Shown here one piece after another: positions 8,593 to 18,680 of a stretch of DNA of 64,000 bases; within the stretch, counting starts at the first letter, position 1, and each line of letters opens with the position of its first letter. Position numbers and translations under genes: made by a program. The notes under the pieces are model-generated. The model did no database searches, was not told the origin of the DNA, and was given only the letters and a program-made list of their open reading frames with translations. Source of the DNA: Candidatus Thorarchaeota archaeon (GTDB lineage Archaea; Asgardarchaeota; Thorarchaeia; Thorarchaeales; Thorarchaeaceae); contig JBHLRP010000001.1 in NCBI GenBank assembly GCA_048882485.1, positions 256,001-320,000 of the forward strand, read 5' to 3'.

Positions 8593-10113
8593 CTAGAACC
8601 CAAACATATGAGCATACCTGTGTTCAAGGAAATCGAGGAACGGGTTTGCCTCAAGTTCGTTTCCAGTGACATGCTTGACCAAATCTGCAGGATCATACAA
8701 TGCAGCCTTGCTCATGATATTCTCTGCCAGCCAGTTGAGAATTGGATTGAGCTCTCCTCTTGAGATATTGCTGCTCCACTCTGGCAAGTCTTTATTCATC
8801 TGCTGAAGCCATTGACCATCATACACATTCCCCAGTGCATAGCTTGGGAAGTAGCCGTAGGAGCCACCACCCCAGTGCGTGTCCTGGAGAACTCCTTCAG
8901 CATCATCTTTCACATCCACTCCGAGGTACTCTGAATATTTCTCGTTCCATACCTGTGGTAGCTCCGGAACCGATATCTTGTCAGCAAACAATGCCTTCTC
9001 TATCTCGAACCTAATGATGATATGAAGTGAGTATGTCACTTCATCGGCATCGATACGTATCAAGGATGGCTTAACTAGGTTCATGCCTCTGACGAAATCG
9101 ATGAGGTCTATGTCTGAAAACGCATTGCCTGTAAATTCATTCAGCTTCGGAAGATAGTACTCCCAGAATTGTGGAGTTCTCCCAATGATATTCTCGATGA
9201 ACCTCGACATTGACTCATGAATACCATAACTCGCAGCAACACCTACCGGCTGATACATGTAGTCCCTGTTTAGGTTCTGTTCGTAAAGTGCATGGCCTCC
9301 CTCATGAAGCATTGCGAAGACAAGCGATGGAAGGTTGTCTTCATAATAATGGACTGTCACCCTGACATCATCATAGTAGCCAATCGTGAAGGGGTGTTCC
9401 GTTTCATCTATGCGCCCTCCAGCTTTATCAGAAGTGGTATCGTACCCGATGAGATTTCCGAGGTCAGTAGCAATCTTGCGTTGGATATCGATTGGTATCT
9501 TTCTTGATAGAAAACTCACATCCACATTTTCCGAAGCATCTGCACATTTCTGAACCAACGGAACGAGGCGATCCTTGAGTCGCGAAAAAACCTTGTCAAC
9601 CATATCGGCGGTCATATTCCTTTCATATTCATCAAGCATAGAATCATAGATGGTTGAGCAACCCTTGACTTTCATCGCAATCTCTTCTTTCTCACGAGAG
9701 ATATCGACGAGTTTCTGAAGCTCTGGCTCAAACATCTTCCAGTCTTTTGCAGCCTTCGCTTTCTTCCACACATCGGTGGCTATAGCCTGCTGCTTGGTGA
9801 GTCGACCTATCAACTCAGAAGGAATCTTTGTGTTTATGTCATATTCTCTTCTTGCAAGGAACAGATTGCGCCTCTGCACCTTGTTCAAGTCTTGCTCCTT
9901 CTCAGCTGCTTCCAGAATCTTTCCTATTTCCGGAGAGGTTGATTTCTCGTGTCCAATCTTACTGAGCACGGATATCTGTTCACTCCTTAATTGAATACCT
10001 GCAGGAGGCATGTAGGTTTCAAGATCCCAATAGATTGCTCCCAGGGAAGTTCCAATAAGGGCGATCTCTTTTGCTTTTTCCATCAATTCACCATATGCAT
10101 TCATGTCGAACAC
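8593..10113 (-). CDS. carboxypeptidase, M32 (Taq) family
   Basis: HPF, HEGGHALYEQ (HExxH), HESMS, IRIDAD, QD.HW, GYFPSYALG. Confidence 0.95.
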   Translation of the reverse strand: MFDMNAYGELMEKAKEIALIGTSLGAIYWDLETYMPPAGIQLRSEQISVLSKIGHEKSTSPEIGKILEAAEKEQDLNKVQRRNLFLARREYDINTKIPSELIGRLTKQQAIATDVWKKAKAAKDWKMFEPELQKLVDISREKEEIAMKVKGCSTIYDSMLDEYERNMTADMVDKVFSRLKDRLVPLVQKCADASENVDVSFLSRKIPIDIQRKIATDLGNLIGYDTTSDKAGGRIDETEHPFTIGYYDDVRVTVHYYEDNLPSLVFAMLHEGGHALYEQNLNRDYMYQPVGVAASYGIHESMSRFIENIIGRTPQFWEYYLPKLNEFTGNAFSDIDLIDFVRGMNLVKPSLIRIDADEVTYSLHIIIRFEIEKALFADKISVPELPQVWNEKYSEYLGVDVKDDAEGVLQDTHWGGGSYGYFPSYALGNVYDGQWLQQMNKDLPEWSSNISRGELNPILNWLAENIMSKAALYDPADLVKHVTGNELEANPFLDFLEHRYAHMFGF

Positions 10114-10162
10114 CAGAATCTGTCATTAGTCCAGCTACTGATTCAGCGGGTCTTAGGCCTAG

Positions 10163-11089
10163 TTATTTTTCTTCCGAAATAGTGGTTGCATTATCATCCC
10201 CGCCCGGGTAATTGATGATAAGAATGCCACCAATTACAAGGGCTAATCCAAGGACGAAAGTCCATGGGATGATTTCGCCAAGAATCAAAAAGGACAGCGA
10301 TATGCCAAAGACAGGCACCAAGTTGATGAATCCCCCCGTCTTGGTTGCGCCAATTTGCCTTATTGATTCGAAATAGAAGAGGAATCCAAGGAAAGTGACA
10401 AGGGCTCCCAAATAAAGCACATTGATCCAAAACAATGGGTCAGCCATGGCAGGGAGAGTCCAGAACTGTTCTGTAGTTGCACTGAATCCAAACAAAACAC
10501 AACCAACAAAAACTCCAGCAGCAGTTACTTCAACTGCAGACATTGTCTTCATTGCTTCCTTGCCAATAGAGGAGTATAGACCCCATGTCATCATTGCGCA
10601 GAGGATAATGAGATTGCCGATCAGATAGTCCAATCTGAAGTCGATGAGTGCTTGGACGCCTACGACAAAGATGATGCCAGTGAAAGCCGATGCAAAACCT
10701 AAGTATTGCCATCTCTTACTTAGACGCTCGTTGTGTATCAAATGGGCGAACAAGCTTACGGTTGCTGGGTTGAAGCCTGCAATTATTGCCCCCTGTGAGG
10801 CGGTAGTGAATTGCATCCCAGTAAGAAAGAAGACGCCATATCCGTAGATGCCTGTCAATCCCACGAGAAACAGGATTTTAGCACGTTGTCTTGTGAAAAG
10901 TCTGAATGATGATTGCCCTTGGATGGCCAAGAGGATGATGAATAGAACACTCGCGATAAGGAACCGAAAGAAGCCAATCGTGAGTGGTGGGGCAATTGCT
11001 ACCAATACCTTAGCTGAAACCCATGAACCTCCCCAGAAGAACATAGCAAGGACGAGGGCTATGTAATATTTGAGGGACCGGTTTGCCAT
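10163..11089 (-). CDS. EamA/DMT family transporter
   Basis: 10 TM segments in two EamA repeats; 'FWG.SW..AK', 'RFLIA', 'NLVPVFG...ILGE'. Confidence 0.9.
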   Translation of the reverse strand: MANRSLKYYIALVLAMFFWGGSWVSAKVLVAIAPPLTIGFFRFLIASVLFIILLAIQGQSSFRLFTRQRAKILFLVGLTGIYGYGVFFLTGMQFTTASQGAIIAGFNPATVSLFAHLIHNERLSKRWQYLGFASAFTGIIFVVGVQALIDFRLDYLIGNLIILCAMMTWGLYSSIGKEAMKTMSAVEVTAAGVFVGCVLFGFSATTEQFWTLPAMADPLFWINVLYLGALVTFLGFLFYFESIRQIGATKTGGFINLVPVFGISLSFLILGEIIPWTFVLGLALVIGGILIINYPGGDDNATTISEEK

Positions 11090-11240
11090 GTTTGGTGGTC
11101 TCCTAGGAGCTAAAAGTCGACGAGTTGTCCTAGATTTAAAGCAACCTGAATGCGCTGAATTCATTGTCAAACCGAAGAGTTCATATTCTAATGTATGTGA
11201 CTCGACTGTGCAGAACTTTGCACACTCGCAGGGACTAGAG

Positions 11241-11663
11241 ATGCTAAACGACGATGATCTGGAGGCAATTCGAAGACGAAAGATGGAGCTCTTGATGGAA
11301 AGGGCAAAGCAGCCTAAAGTAGAAGAGCCTCTTTCACAAGGCCAGGTTCAACTTCTTACGGATGCAACGTTCTGGAATACGGTTTCCCAGACCAAGACAG
11401 CTCTAATCGACTTCTTCGGCGAATGGTGTGCTCCGTGTAGGCAACTTGTGCCAATATTCAATCTTCTTGCTCAGGACTACAAAGGAAAGGTCTACTTTGG
11501 CAAGATTGACATCGACAAAAATCCAAGAACAACTGTTCAGTTTGGCGTGCAATCAGTACCTATGGTCATAGGCTTCAAGCATGGCAAACCAGTCGGCAAG
11601 CTGCCTGGGTTAAGGTCATATGATGACTACGATTCTGTCGTCGAAAAGCTCCTTGCTGCGTAA
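11241..11663 (+). CDS. trxA: thioredoxin
   Basis: WCAPC active site, 'VQSVP' cis-Pro, archaeal 'DDLEAIRRRKM' N-terminal extension. Confidence 0.9.
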   Translation: MLNDDDLEAIRRRKMELLMERAKQPKVEEPLSQGQVQLLTDATFWNTVSQTKTALIDFFGEWCAPCRQLVPIFNLLAQDYKGKVYFGKIDIDKNPRTTVQFGVQSVPMVIGFKHGKPVGKLPGLRSYDDYDSVVEKLLAA

Positions 11664-11674
11664 GGACTATCTAG

Positions 11675-12532
11675 TTACTTTGCGAATGATTTGGTGTTAC
11701 CCAGATTTTCAGCCACGACCGCCGTAGGCATTGCCTTGGCATTTGTTGCCCTTGACCAGTTTCCATTCCTATCAGCCATTACGAGTCCAGCTTCACTTCC
11801 AGTCCTGGTTTCAAAGAGATTCATCGCCTTATCCGCCGCTGATTGGATATCAAAATCTTGCTCAACATAGAGCACAGCCATCCTTGTGAGAGTGACCCTC
11901 ATGATGTGCTCGCCCCATCCAGTTGCCGTGGCACCGCATATCTCATTCGCATAAGCTCCCGCACCAATCACTGGTGAATCACCAACTCTTCCGGGAAGCT
12001 TTTTTGATATGCCGCCTGTGGATGAAGTCACCGCAATGTTGCCATTGGAATCGACGGCAACACATCCAACCGTATCTGCTCCATCCCCTTCAAAGAGTGG
12101 CAAAACGACACCAGGTTCCTTCTCATCACGATAGCCTTCTGATATCATCTGATTGTAAACGCGATTGGCGTTGTGCCCAGCGAAGAAGGCATAGTCTGTC
12201 TTCTCCATTATATATCGCGCTAGTGAAACTGGATTCTGGATGTCACATACCGCTGCAACTGATCCAAACGTCAGAATGCTTCCATCGATTATCATCGCGT
12301 CTAGCTCTCTTACCCCGTCGAGGTTTGCTCGTGCTCCTAGTCCCGCATTAAGCTGTCCACAGTTCTCCATGAATACCGTGCACGCCTCAGCTGCATCGAG
12401 AGCCGTGCCTCCCTTTTCAAATGCCGCGAATCCAACTTGGGCCGCCTTCTCGACATATTCTATGCCTACTGGAATCCTCTCATCTTTCCAATCTCCAGCT
12501 CCGCTGTGGACTATTATCATTGGCAGCTTCAT
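11675..12532 (-). CDS. isoaspartyl peptidase/L-asparaginase (Ntn hydrolase)
   Basis: 'H.GAG', 'NAG.G', 'DTVGCVA', 'TSSTGG', 'GRVGDSP', 'ATG.GE'. Confidence 0.92.
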   Translation of the reverse strand: MKLPMIIVHSGAGDWKDERIPVGIEYVEKAAQVGFAAFEKGGTALDAAEACTVFMENCGQLNAGLGARANLDGVRELDAMIIDGSILTFGSVAAVCDIQNPVSLARYIMEKTDYAFFAGHNANRVYNQMISEGYRDEKEPGVVLPLFEGDGADTVGCVAVDSNGNIAVTSSTGGISKKLPGRVGDSPVIGAGAYANEICGATATGWGEHIMRVTLTRMAVLYVEQDFDIQSAADKAMNLFETRTGSEAGLVMADRNGNWSRATNAKAMPTAVVAENLGNTKSFAK

Positions 12533-12655
12533 CGTACTCAAGTAGATGTTCCCGCTTAACCTATTACTAAGGATTTTCATGCCAAATGCACTGATGCATG
12601 ATGAGTCCTATGACACCTGACCTGACAACGAGAATTATCTTCCCATTTTCTTTGA

Positions 12656-12883
12656 TTGCCTTTGGAGGTATTCACATTGACCAAGGATTATAAAGATTCT
12701 AAAGCCGAGTCGGAAGATCGTCTGAAGTTCTGGTCTAATTTTCTTAATACTGAGGAAGGCCGCTTGATTGTGGGGGATCTGGGTGAAGATGAGGTGAAAC
12801 ATTTTCACGCTGATGGCTTTCTGTTTGAACTAAGAAGAGGAAAAGAAGGTCGGATACTAGTAAAGCTTGCAGACATGAATTAG
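12656..12883 (+). CDS. hypothetical protein (~68-75 aa)
   Basis: ORF with GGAGG upstream of an internal TTG (12677); protein-like composition. Confidence 0.55.
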   Translation: MPLEVFTLTKDYKDSKAESEDRLKFWSNFLNTEEGRLIVGDLGEDEVKHFHADGFLFELRRGKEGRILVKLADMN

Positions 12884-12895
12884 ACTTAACGTACA

Positions 12896-15139
12896 CTATA
12901 TGATAGCAGGGAGATTGACAGTGAAAACAGTTCCTTGAGTGTAATCTCCTTCGACTCTATCGCTGACAGCTATAGTTCCGCCAAAAGCATCTGTCAATGC
13001 ATAAACCATTGAGAGTCCCAGGCCAGTCCCTTCTGCCCCTTCCATGAATCGCTGGAACAGTGTCGCTTTCTTCTCAGGCTCAATTCCTTTTCCAAAGTCG
13101 ATAACTTTGGTTGCCCAAAATGAATCGGGTCCCATTTCAATTAGTTCAATCTCTACTATGATTCTCCGATGCTCTCGGGAATATGCGATTGCATTCCTAA
13201 ACAGGTTATAGAAGAGATCACTTAGAAGTCCATTGGCAGTGACGAAGCACTCACTTATGTCTCTGCTGACAAGAATTTCAACTGTCTGGTCTGGGAGCTC
13301 CATAAGAACTTGCTTAATTGCATGATCAATCGCTCCTACTAGGTCAATGGTTTCAAGAGGTGGAGGTTCATCTAAATCGGTCATACCTAGACCTCTTACA
13401 TTTCTGACAAGTTGATCGGCACGTCTGAGACATCCACGGGCGTCTTGCAATGCCATGTCAAGCATGTCTTGAGGTAGGTCGTCCATATCCATTAAGCCAA
13501 GTGCCACAGTCATAGCTTGGTGCAGGTTAGAAATATCATGTGCTAAGATATCAGAGTATAGAGTTGCCCTCCGACGAGAATTATCTGAACGAATCATCTC
13601 TTGGAGGTATAACACCCCTATGAGCGCTGGCCCCAGCAACAGGCCAATAAGCAGGAATACCTCTGCAGCCCACCACCCTAGAACCCAATCGTCGAAGTTG
13701 CCCTTCAAGTAGTTTGGAATGATCCAGAGAGCCAATACACCAACGGAATATCCTTCAATGGATCTCCAGTGCTTATGCTTCTCTGCATGCAGAAAGCCTA
13801 GATGGGTGAATGTGAACATTGCAGCAAAATTGATACCAAGAAGTATCACTCGACCGAGGGGACTACCAGTTAAGCCTGGAGTTTGTGCAAGAATCAATCC
13901 TTCGAGAAATTGCCCTCCTACTACCATGGCAATGATAATACCTAATCGAGGAATAATCCACAACTCAGGTCTACCAAGCTCTTCATCTTTGGGAGTGCGT
14001 GTCCAAATAATCCCTCTGATGAGATAGATTACGGAAGCAATGCTACCCACAATGTATGGTACAAGCGATTCTCCTAAAGTCATGAGGGTTTCAGAATTTG
14101 AAAATAGAACAATATGCGCTTCAATATAGGTCCAGCTCAAGAATAGCAGTATTAGTGGAATGTGTACCCATTGAGGCTTTTGCTTATGATATGAGTAAAC
14201 TAGGAATCCCATTACACCGGATAGAACAGCTGCTCCAAGATGTGCGATATAGTAAGCTCCAAGTTCAACAGCGTAGAAGCCTGGGGCCCAAGAAGTTGCC
14301 ATGATGCTGACCATGAAGGGTGCAATTGACAACATGCTGAAGAATATGGGCACAACGAATGCAGAAAGCAGGCTCATCCCCCACTTCAACTGCCCCGGTG
14401 CAGCTATTGCAATAATGAATGTGAAGAATCCCCACGATTCTAAAACCATAGCAAAAGCCCAATGAGCGCTAGGAAAGGCGAGTGAAGAGAGTAATGGAAT
14501 AGACGAGATAGCGAATAGCACGAAGCTAATGATGAGTATGGAGGTCTGGCGATCTCCTATTACAAACGGAGAACGGGATCTCAAAATGGCAGCCAAGATG
14601 AGCGAACCAAATGCAATGATACTGAGTATTGTTCCCAACATTTGAAGTGATGGATTGTTTAGAGCTGGAACTATCCAAAATACCATGATTCCGTCAAACA
14701 ACAGCAAGATAAGAATCAGGAGGGGAGCCATTTTCCAGGATACTTCTGCATCCTGCATTCTTCTATGTAACATTGCGGCTATGAATAGCACAATGCCGAG
14801 AAGAAGCAATTCGAAGATGTCAGTGGTTGTTTTTCTAACCCCATCAATTAGAAAGGACTCGCCTAGAGCATATGCAGTTTCCATGGATGCTGAGAGATGG
14901 ATAATCGCCCTCGTCGCTAGTATTGAGAATACTGCAAACTCGTAGACTGGTGGTCTTCCTCCTGCCTCACTGAAAACCCATGCTGCAGCAATGATGGCTA
15001 GGAACGCAAGCAACGAGTGAAAAGCCACTCCAGTATAGATTGAATCCCAGGATGGAATTACTGACAAATAGAGTCCACTAGCAATAAGCGAAGCAGCTAC
15101 TACTCCGATTGGAACATCCTTTCGCAGCTCACGCGGCAT
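12896..15139 (-). CDS. multi-TM sensor histidine kinase
   Basis: Many TM segments, H-box 'LAHDISN', N-box 'NLFRNA', 'DFGKGI', 'GTGLGL'. Confidence 0.9.
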   Translation of the reverse strand: MPRELRKDVPIGVVAASLIASGLYLSVIPSWDSIYTGVAFHSLLAFLAIIAAAWVFSEAGGRPPVYEFAVFSILATRAIIHLSASMETAYALGESFLIDGVRKTTTDIFELLLLGIVLFIAAMLHRRMQDAEVSWKMAPLLILILLLFDGIMVFWIVPALNNPSLQMLGTILSIIAFGSLILAAILRSRSPFVIGDRQTSILIISFVLFAISSIPLLSSLAFPSAHWAFAMVLESWGFFTFIIAIAAPGQLKWGMSLLSAFVVPIFFSMLSIAPFMVSIMATSWAPGFYAVELGAYYIAHLGAAVLSGVMGFLVYSYHKQKPQWVHIPLILLFLSWTYIEAHIVLFSNSETLMTLGESLVPYIVGSIASVIYLIRGIIWTRTPKDEELGRPELWIIPRLGIIIAMVVGGQFLEGLILAQTPGLTGSPLGRVILLGINFAAMFTFTHLGFLHAEKHKHWRSIEGYSVGVLALWIIPNYLKGNFDDWVLGWWAAEVFLLIGLLLGPALIGVLYLQEMIRSDNSRRRATLYSDILAHDISNLHQAMTVALGLMDMDDLPQDMLDMALQDARGCLRRADQLVRNVRGLGMTDLDEPPPLETIDLVGAIDHAIKQVLMELPDQTVEILVSRDISECFVTANGLLSDLFYNLFRNAIAYSREHRRIIVEIELIEMGPDSFWATKVIDFGKGIEPEKKATLFQRFMEGAEGTGLGLSMVYALTDAFGGTIAVSDRVEGDYTQGTVFTVNLPAII

Positions 15140-15306
15140 AGCTAGATCTGACTGCACACGAGGTACCTTCTCAATTGAAATCAGGCCTTTCATCCAAGCC
15201 CTGACCACACACTTCGAAGAGTTGCCTTTAGAGGAATTTAAGGCTATTCTGATTACAATCTCTTTATATCTCACAGTGAGCCTTTATAGTTCTGGAGACC
15301 CTACTG

Positions 15307-17646
15307 ATGAATAGCAGGTTGCAGGCCCTGCGGGACAAAATGGTGGGCACAGTCCCCAGTATTTCGATAATTAGGACCAAGCTATTTACTGAATCTATGA
15401 AGCAGACTGAGGGTGAACCCGCAATAGTGCGACAGGCAAAAGCACTTGCCAATGTATTGCAAAACATGCCGATTGAGATCCTTCTCCATGAGCTGGTAGT
15501 TGGCAAAATAGTCGAGAATGTTCCAGGAGCAACAATTTATCCTGAAGCACATGGAACGAGGGTGTTTCCAGAGCTAGAGGATTTGCGGACACGTGAACCA
15601 AAAGCTTACTCGATTTCTGATGATTCCATCAACATGCTGATGGAGGAGGTTGAACCCTATTGGGCTGAGAGGTCTCTCCTCGCACATGTAGAGAAATCTA
15701 CTCCTCCTCATGTAATTGACACTCTTTATTCTGGTGCAGCTTTTGTACTGACTGAGTTGGCTGGTTATGGCCATGTAAGCATTAACTACCCACTGCTCTT
15801 TTCGAAGGGGTTCGACGAGATAGCGAATGAGTCTCGGGAGAGGCTGAAACACGAGTCAGGCGACAAGGGACAGTTCTATAAGGCTACATCCATCGTGGCT
15901 GATGCTCTCGTGGAATACGCGAACCGATATGCATTACTTGCCCAGCAACTTTCTGAAGAAGAAGACAATCCTGAGAGAAGATCAGAGCTTGAGAGCATAG
16001 CTGAAGCATGTAGGTGGGTTCCTGCAAAACCTCCGCGCACTTTGCATGAGGCTATTCAATTCATTAGATTCACCCACTTAGCACTCAGCTTGGAAACCTA
16101 TGACGGGCAGGCACTGTCTCTCGGAAGAATAGATCAATATCTCTATCCTTTCTATAGGAAGGATTTAGACTCTGGAGATTTAGATACTGAAGGTGCGCGA
16201 GAGCTAATTGAGAGCTTATGGATTAAGCTCAACGAGCAGGTGCCACTGTTCGATGAATTAGTCGCCCTGTATTTTGAAGGTCTTCTTACTGCAAAAGCCG
16301 CCACTATTGGAGGGAGGCAACCGGATGGCTCCGATGCCACAAATGAATTGACCTACCTTGTCTTGGAAGCTACAAGGCGAGTTGCCCTGCCTGTTCCGAA
16401 TGTTCATGTTCGAATTCATAGTGAAACTCCAGATGCCTTACTGTCAGCTATTGTTTCAACAGTTGAGTCGGGAGTCAACAACATTGCTCTGTTCAATGAT
16501 GATGTTATAATCAAGTCAATGGAGAGGAAAGGTGTTTCAAAGGAAGATGCCAGGAATTACGCGACAATTGGCTGTGTAGAGCTTGCTCCATTTGGAAATA
16601 GCTTCACCTCATCAGATGCAGCTCTCTTCAATATCGCCTTATGTCTTGAACTTGCGTTGAACAATGGTGAAGCTGTTCATCTAGGTCAGCATCTTGGGAC
16701 AGAGACCGGCGATGCAACCGAATATACTTCAATGGATGAGGTCATTCAAGCATTTAGGAAACAGGTTTCATTTCTTGTTGCACAAATGGCTGAGGGATCG
16801 AACTACTTCGAAAAGGGGAATATGGACTGCAAGCCGACTCCATTGCTCTCGCTGTGTGTTGAGGGATGCTTTCAGAAGGGTGCAGACATCACAACTGGAT
16901 CTGCGAAGTACAACTTCACTGGGGTTCAGGGTGTAGGCATGGCCACAGTCGCTGATTCACTTGCAGCTATTGATCTATTGGTATTCGGAGAAAAGCAGAT
17001 GTCAATGGCCGAGCTTGTAGATGGTCTTCGGAAGGGACTGGAGAAGAATGAGCCTCTCAAGCAGCTACTCCAAAACCGAGGTCCCAAATACGGTAATGAT
17101 GACGAGTTGGCAGACGAATATGCAAAGCTTGTTTCCAGAATCTACAGTGAAGAAGTTGAGAAGCACTCCAATGTGAGGGGCGGCTCTTTCATACCAGGAA
17201 TGTATTCAGTTTCAACACATGTGCCATTCGGTTATATGACGGGCGCGCTCCCCAGTGGCAGAGTGGAGGGGACTCCCCTCAGCAATGGTGCCTCTCCAGC
17301 CGTTGGGTCTACAAGAAAAGGTCCAACTGCTGCCATGACTTCAACTTCGAAAGTTGACTATACGCTGTATCCTAATGGTATCGCATTCACATTGTCTATT
17401 GACCCAGCCATGGCTTCGGGAGGGGGCGCTGAGATTCTCACATCGCTAATACGGTCGTATGTGGAATTGGGAGGCATGCAGATCCAATTCAATATGACCG
17501 ATGTGAACACTCTTCTGAGCGCTCAGAAGAATCCGGATGCTCACCGTGACCTGTTGGTGAGAGTTGCGGGGTATAGCGCGTATTTCACTGACTTGGGCCC
17601 AGACTTGCAGGAAGAAGTGATAGGAAGATTTCAGAGGTCAAGCTAA
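15307..17646 (+). CDS. glycyl radical enzyme, archaeal PFL2/PflD-like
   Basis: Single-Cys loop 'IGCVELAPFGNSFTSSDAA', glycyl loop 'RVAGYS'; lacks the CC motif of true PFL. Confidence 0.9.
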   Translation: MNSRLQALRDKMVGTVPSISIIRTKLFTESMKQTEGEPAIVRQAKALANVLQNMPIEILLHELVVGKIVENVPGATIYPEAHGTRVFPELEDLRTREPKAYSISDDSINMLMEEVEPYWAERSLLAHVEKSTPPHVIDTLYSGAAFVLTELAGYGHVSINYPLLFSKGFDEIANESRERLKHESGDKGQFYKATSIVADALVEYANRYALLAQQLSEEEDNPERRSELESIAEACRWVPAKPPRTLHEAIQFIRFTHLALSLETYDGQALSLGRIDQYLYPFYRKDLDSGDLDTEGARELIESLWIKLNEQVPLFDELVALYFEGLLTAKAATIGGRQPDGSDATNELTYLVLEATRRVALPVPNVHVRIHSETPDALLSAIVSTVESGVNNIALFNDDVIIKSMERKGVSKEDARNYATIGCVELAPFGNSFTSSDAALFNIALCLELALNNGEAVHLGQHLGTETGDATEYTSMDEVIQAFRKQVSFLVAQMAEGSNYFEKGNMDCKPTPLLSLCVEGCFQKGADITTGSAKYNFTGVQGVGMATVADSLAAIDLLVFGEKQMSMAELVDGLRKGLEKNEPLKQLLQNRGPKYGNDDELADEYAKLVSRIYSEEVEKHSNVRGGSFIPGMYSVSTHVPFGYMTGALPSGRVEGTPLSNGASPAVGSTRKGPTAAMTSTSKVDYTLYPNGIAFTLSIDPAMASGGGAEILTSLIRSYVELGGMQIQFNMTDVNTLLSAQKNPDAHRDLLVRVAGYSAYFTDLGPDLQEEVIGRFQRSS

Positions 17647-18680
17647 AACCGCTTCCTCTGCTTGGGATATGCGCTAAACGGTGCTCTGGGAGACTGACTC
17701 ACCCAATCCTTCGCGTCATCAATCCGAGTCAGGGAGCGAAGAATGTCAAATGTGATCCATCGAGTTGCCTCAGGCCGAGGCTGATATTCCCAGAGGCCAT
17801 AGAGTCCCTGCTGCTCCTCAAACCATTTCATGAGATCTTTCACTCGTTCATCATTCCTATCTGCTCCAATCCTCCATGATAAATCCAGAATTAATGCAGG
17901 ATCGAATCGTGCGTGGTATGTGAAATGTCCACGATGTTGTTCGAATCCGACTAGACGGGCTACATTTAGGCCCAACGTCTTCCTGTTTCTAGTTTCTCTA
18001 CCTAGGAGAAGGTCCAGCGCCCGTTTTGCTTCGGGACTTGACCTTCTGGAGGGGTGATACGCAAGAGCGGTAAGTGCGAGGGTTGTATTTGTCCGGCAAG
18101 CCCAGTCAGAGTGAGGCATCCTCCGATAGCCTGCCCTATAGCCGAGTACTTCTCCCACCTTTCCTGTTGGCCACGCCCCATCATCAAGTCGTTGGTCAAT
18201 GAGCCACTCGTAGGCTAGCTCTGCTCTCTTATCCGTTGCATAGCCTGCAGCTGCGATGCCTAGCAATGGAATGGAAGTCTGCAGGGGCACCATCGTGTAG
18301 ACACCTCCATCAAGACTGCTACCATCATATGTCTGAGGAATTGCCCAAGACCCATCTTTCCTTTGCATTGAAAAGATGTATTCAACACCTCGTTTCATAG
18401 CGGGATGGTCATGAGTAAGCCCGATGTAGCCAAGTCTTTGGAGCGCAAATGATGTCGACCGGACTCTTTCCTTGATTTCAGAGCCTCCAAGGTCAGTGTT
18501 CTTCCAAGACCCGTCACTACCCTGCTTTTTCAGGAGATTCGCCACCAGGGGATCTTGCACAATTAGCTCATCTAGCTCCATGACTTCGGAGTCGTCATTG
18601 GGACGATTGAGGAGTTCTTTGAGCACAAGTCTTCGCAGACTTGGTGACCTGTCAGCTAACAGAAGTGGAATCCAGGTCAT
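17643..18680 (-). CDS. prenyltransferase/squalene-cyclase-like alpha-alpha toroid protein
   Basis: Repeated QW motifs (Q.SDGSW, Q.KDGSW, Q.LDDGAW, Q...GLW); ATGA overlap with the uvrA-like stop. Confidence 0.75.
   Translation of the reverse strand: MTWIPLLLADRSPSLRRLVLKELLNRPNDDSEVMELDELIVQDPLVANLLKKQGSDGSWKNTDLGGSEIKERVRSTSFALQRLGYIGLTHDHPAMKRGVEYIFSMQRKDGSWAIPQTYDGSSLDGGVYTMVPLQTSIPLLGIAAAGYATDKRAELAYEWLIDQRLDDGAWPTGKVGEVLGYRAGYRRMPHSDWACRTNTTLALTALAYHPSRRSSPEAKRALDLLLGRETRNRKTLGLNVARLVGFEQHRGHFTYHARFDPALILDLSWRIGADRNDERVKDLMKWFEEQQGLYGLWEYQPRPEATRWITFDILRSLTRIDDAKDWVSQSPRAPFSAYPKQRKRF

Noticed and set aside
12598-12655. Box C/D sRNA candidate (ATGATGA-12 nt-CTGA)
   Set aside because: No convincing C' box or terminal D box, and I cannot verify a guide target
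17643-18680. True squalene-hopene/oxidosqualene cyclase
   Set aside because: Only ~345 aa (one toroid) and no DxDD/DCTAE catalytic motif
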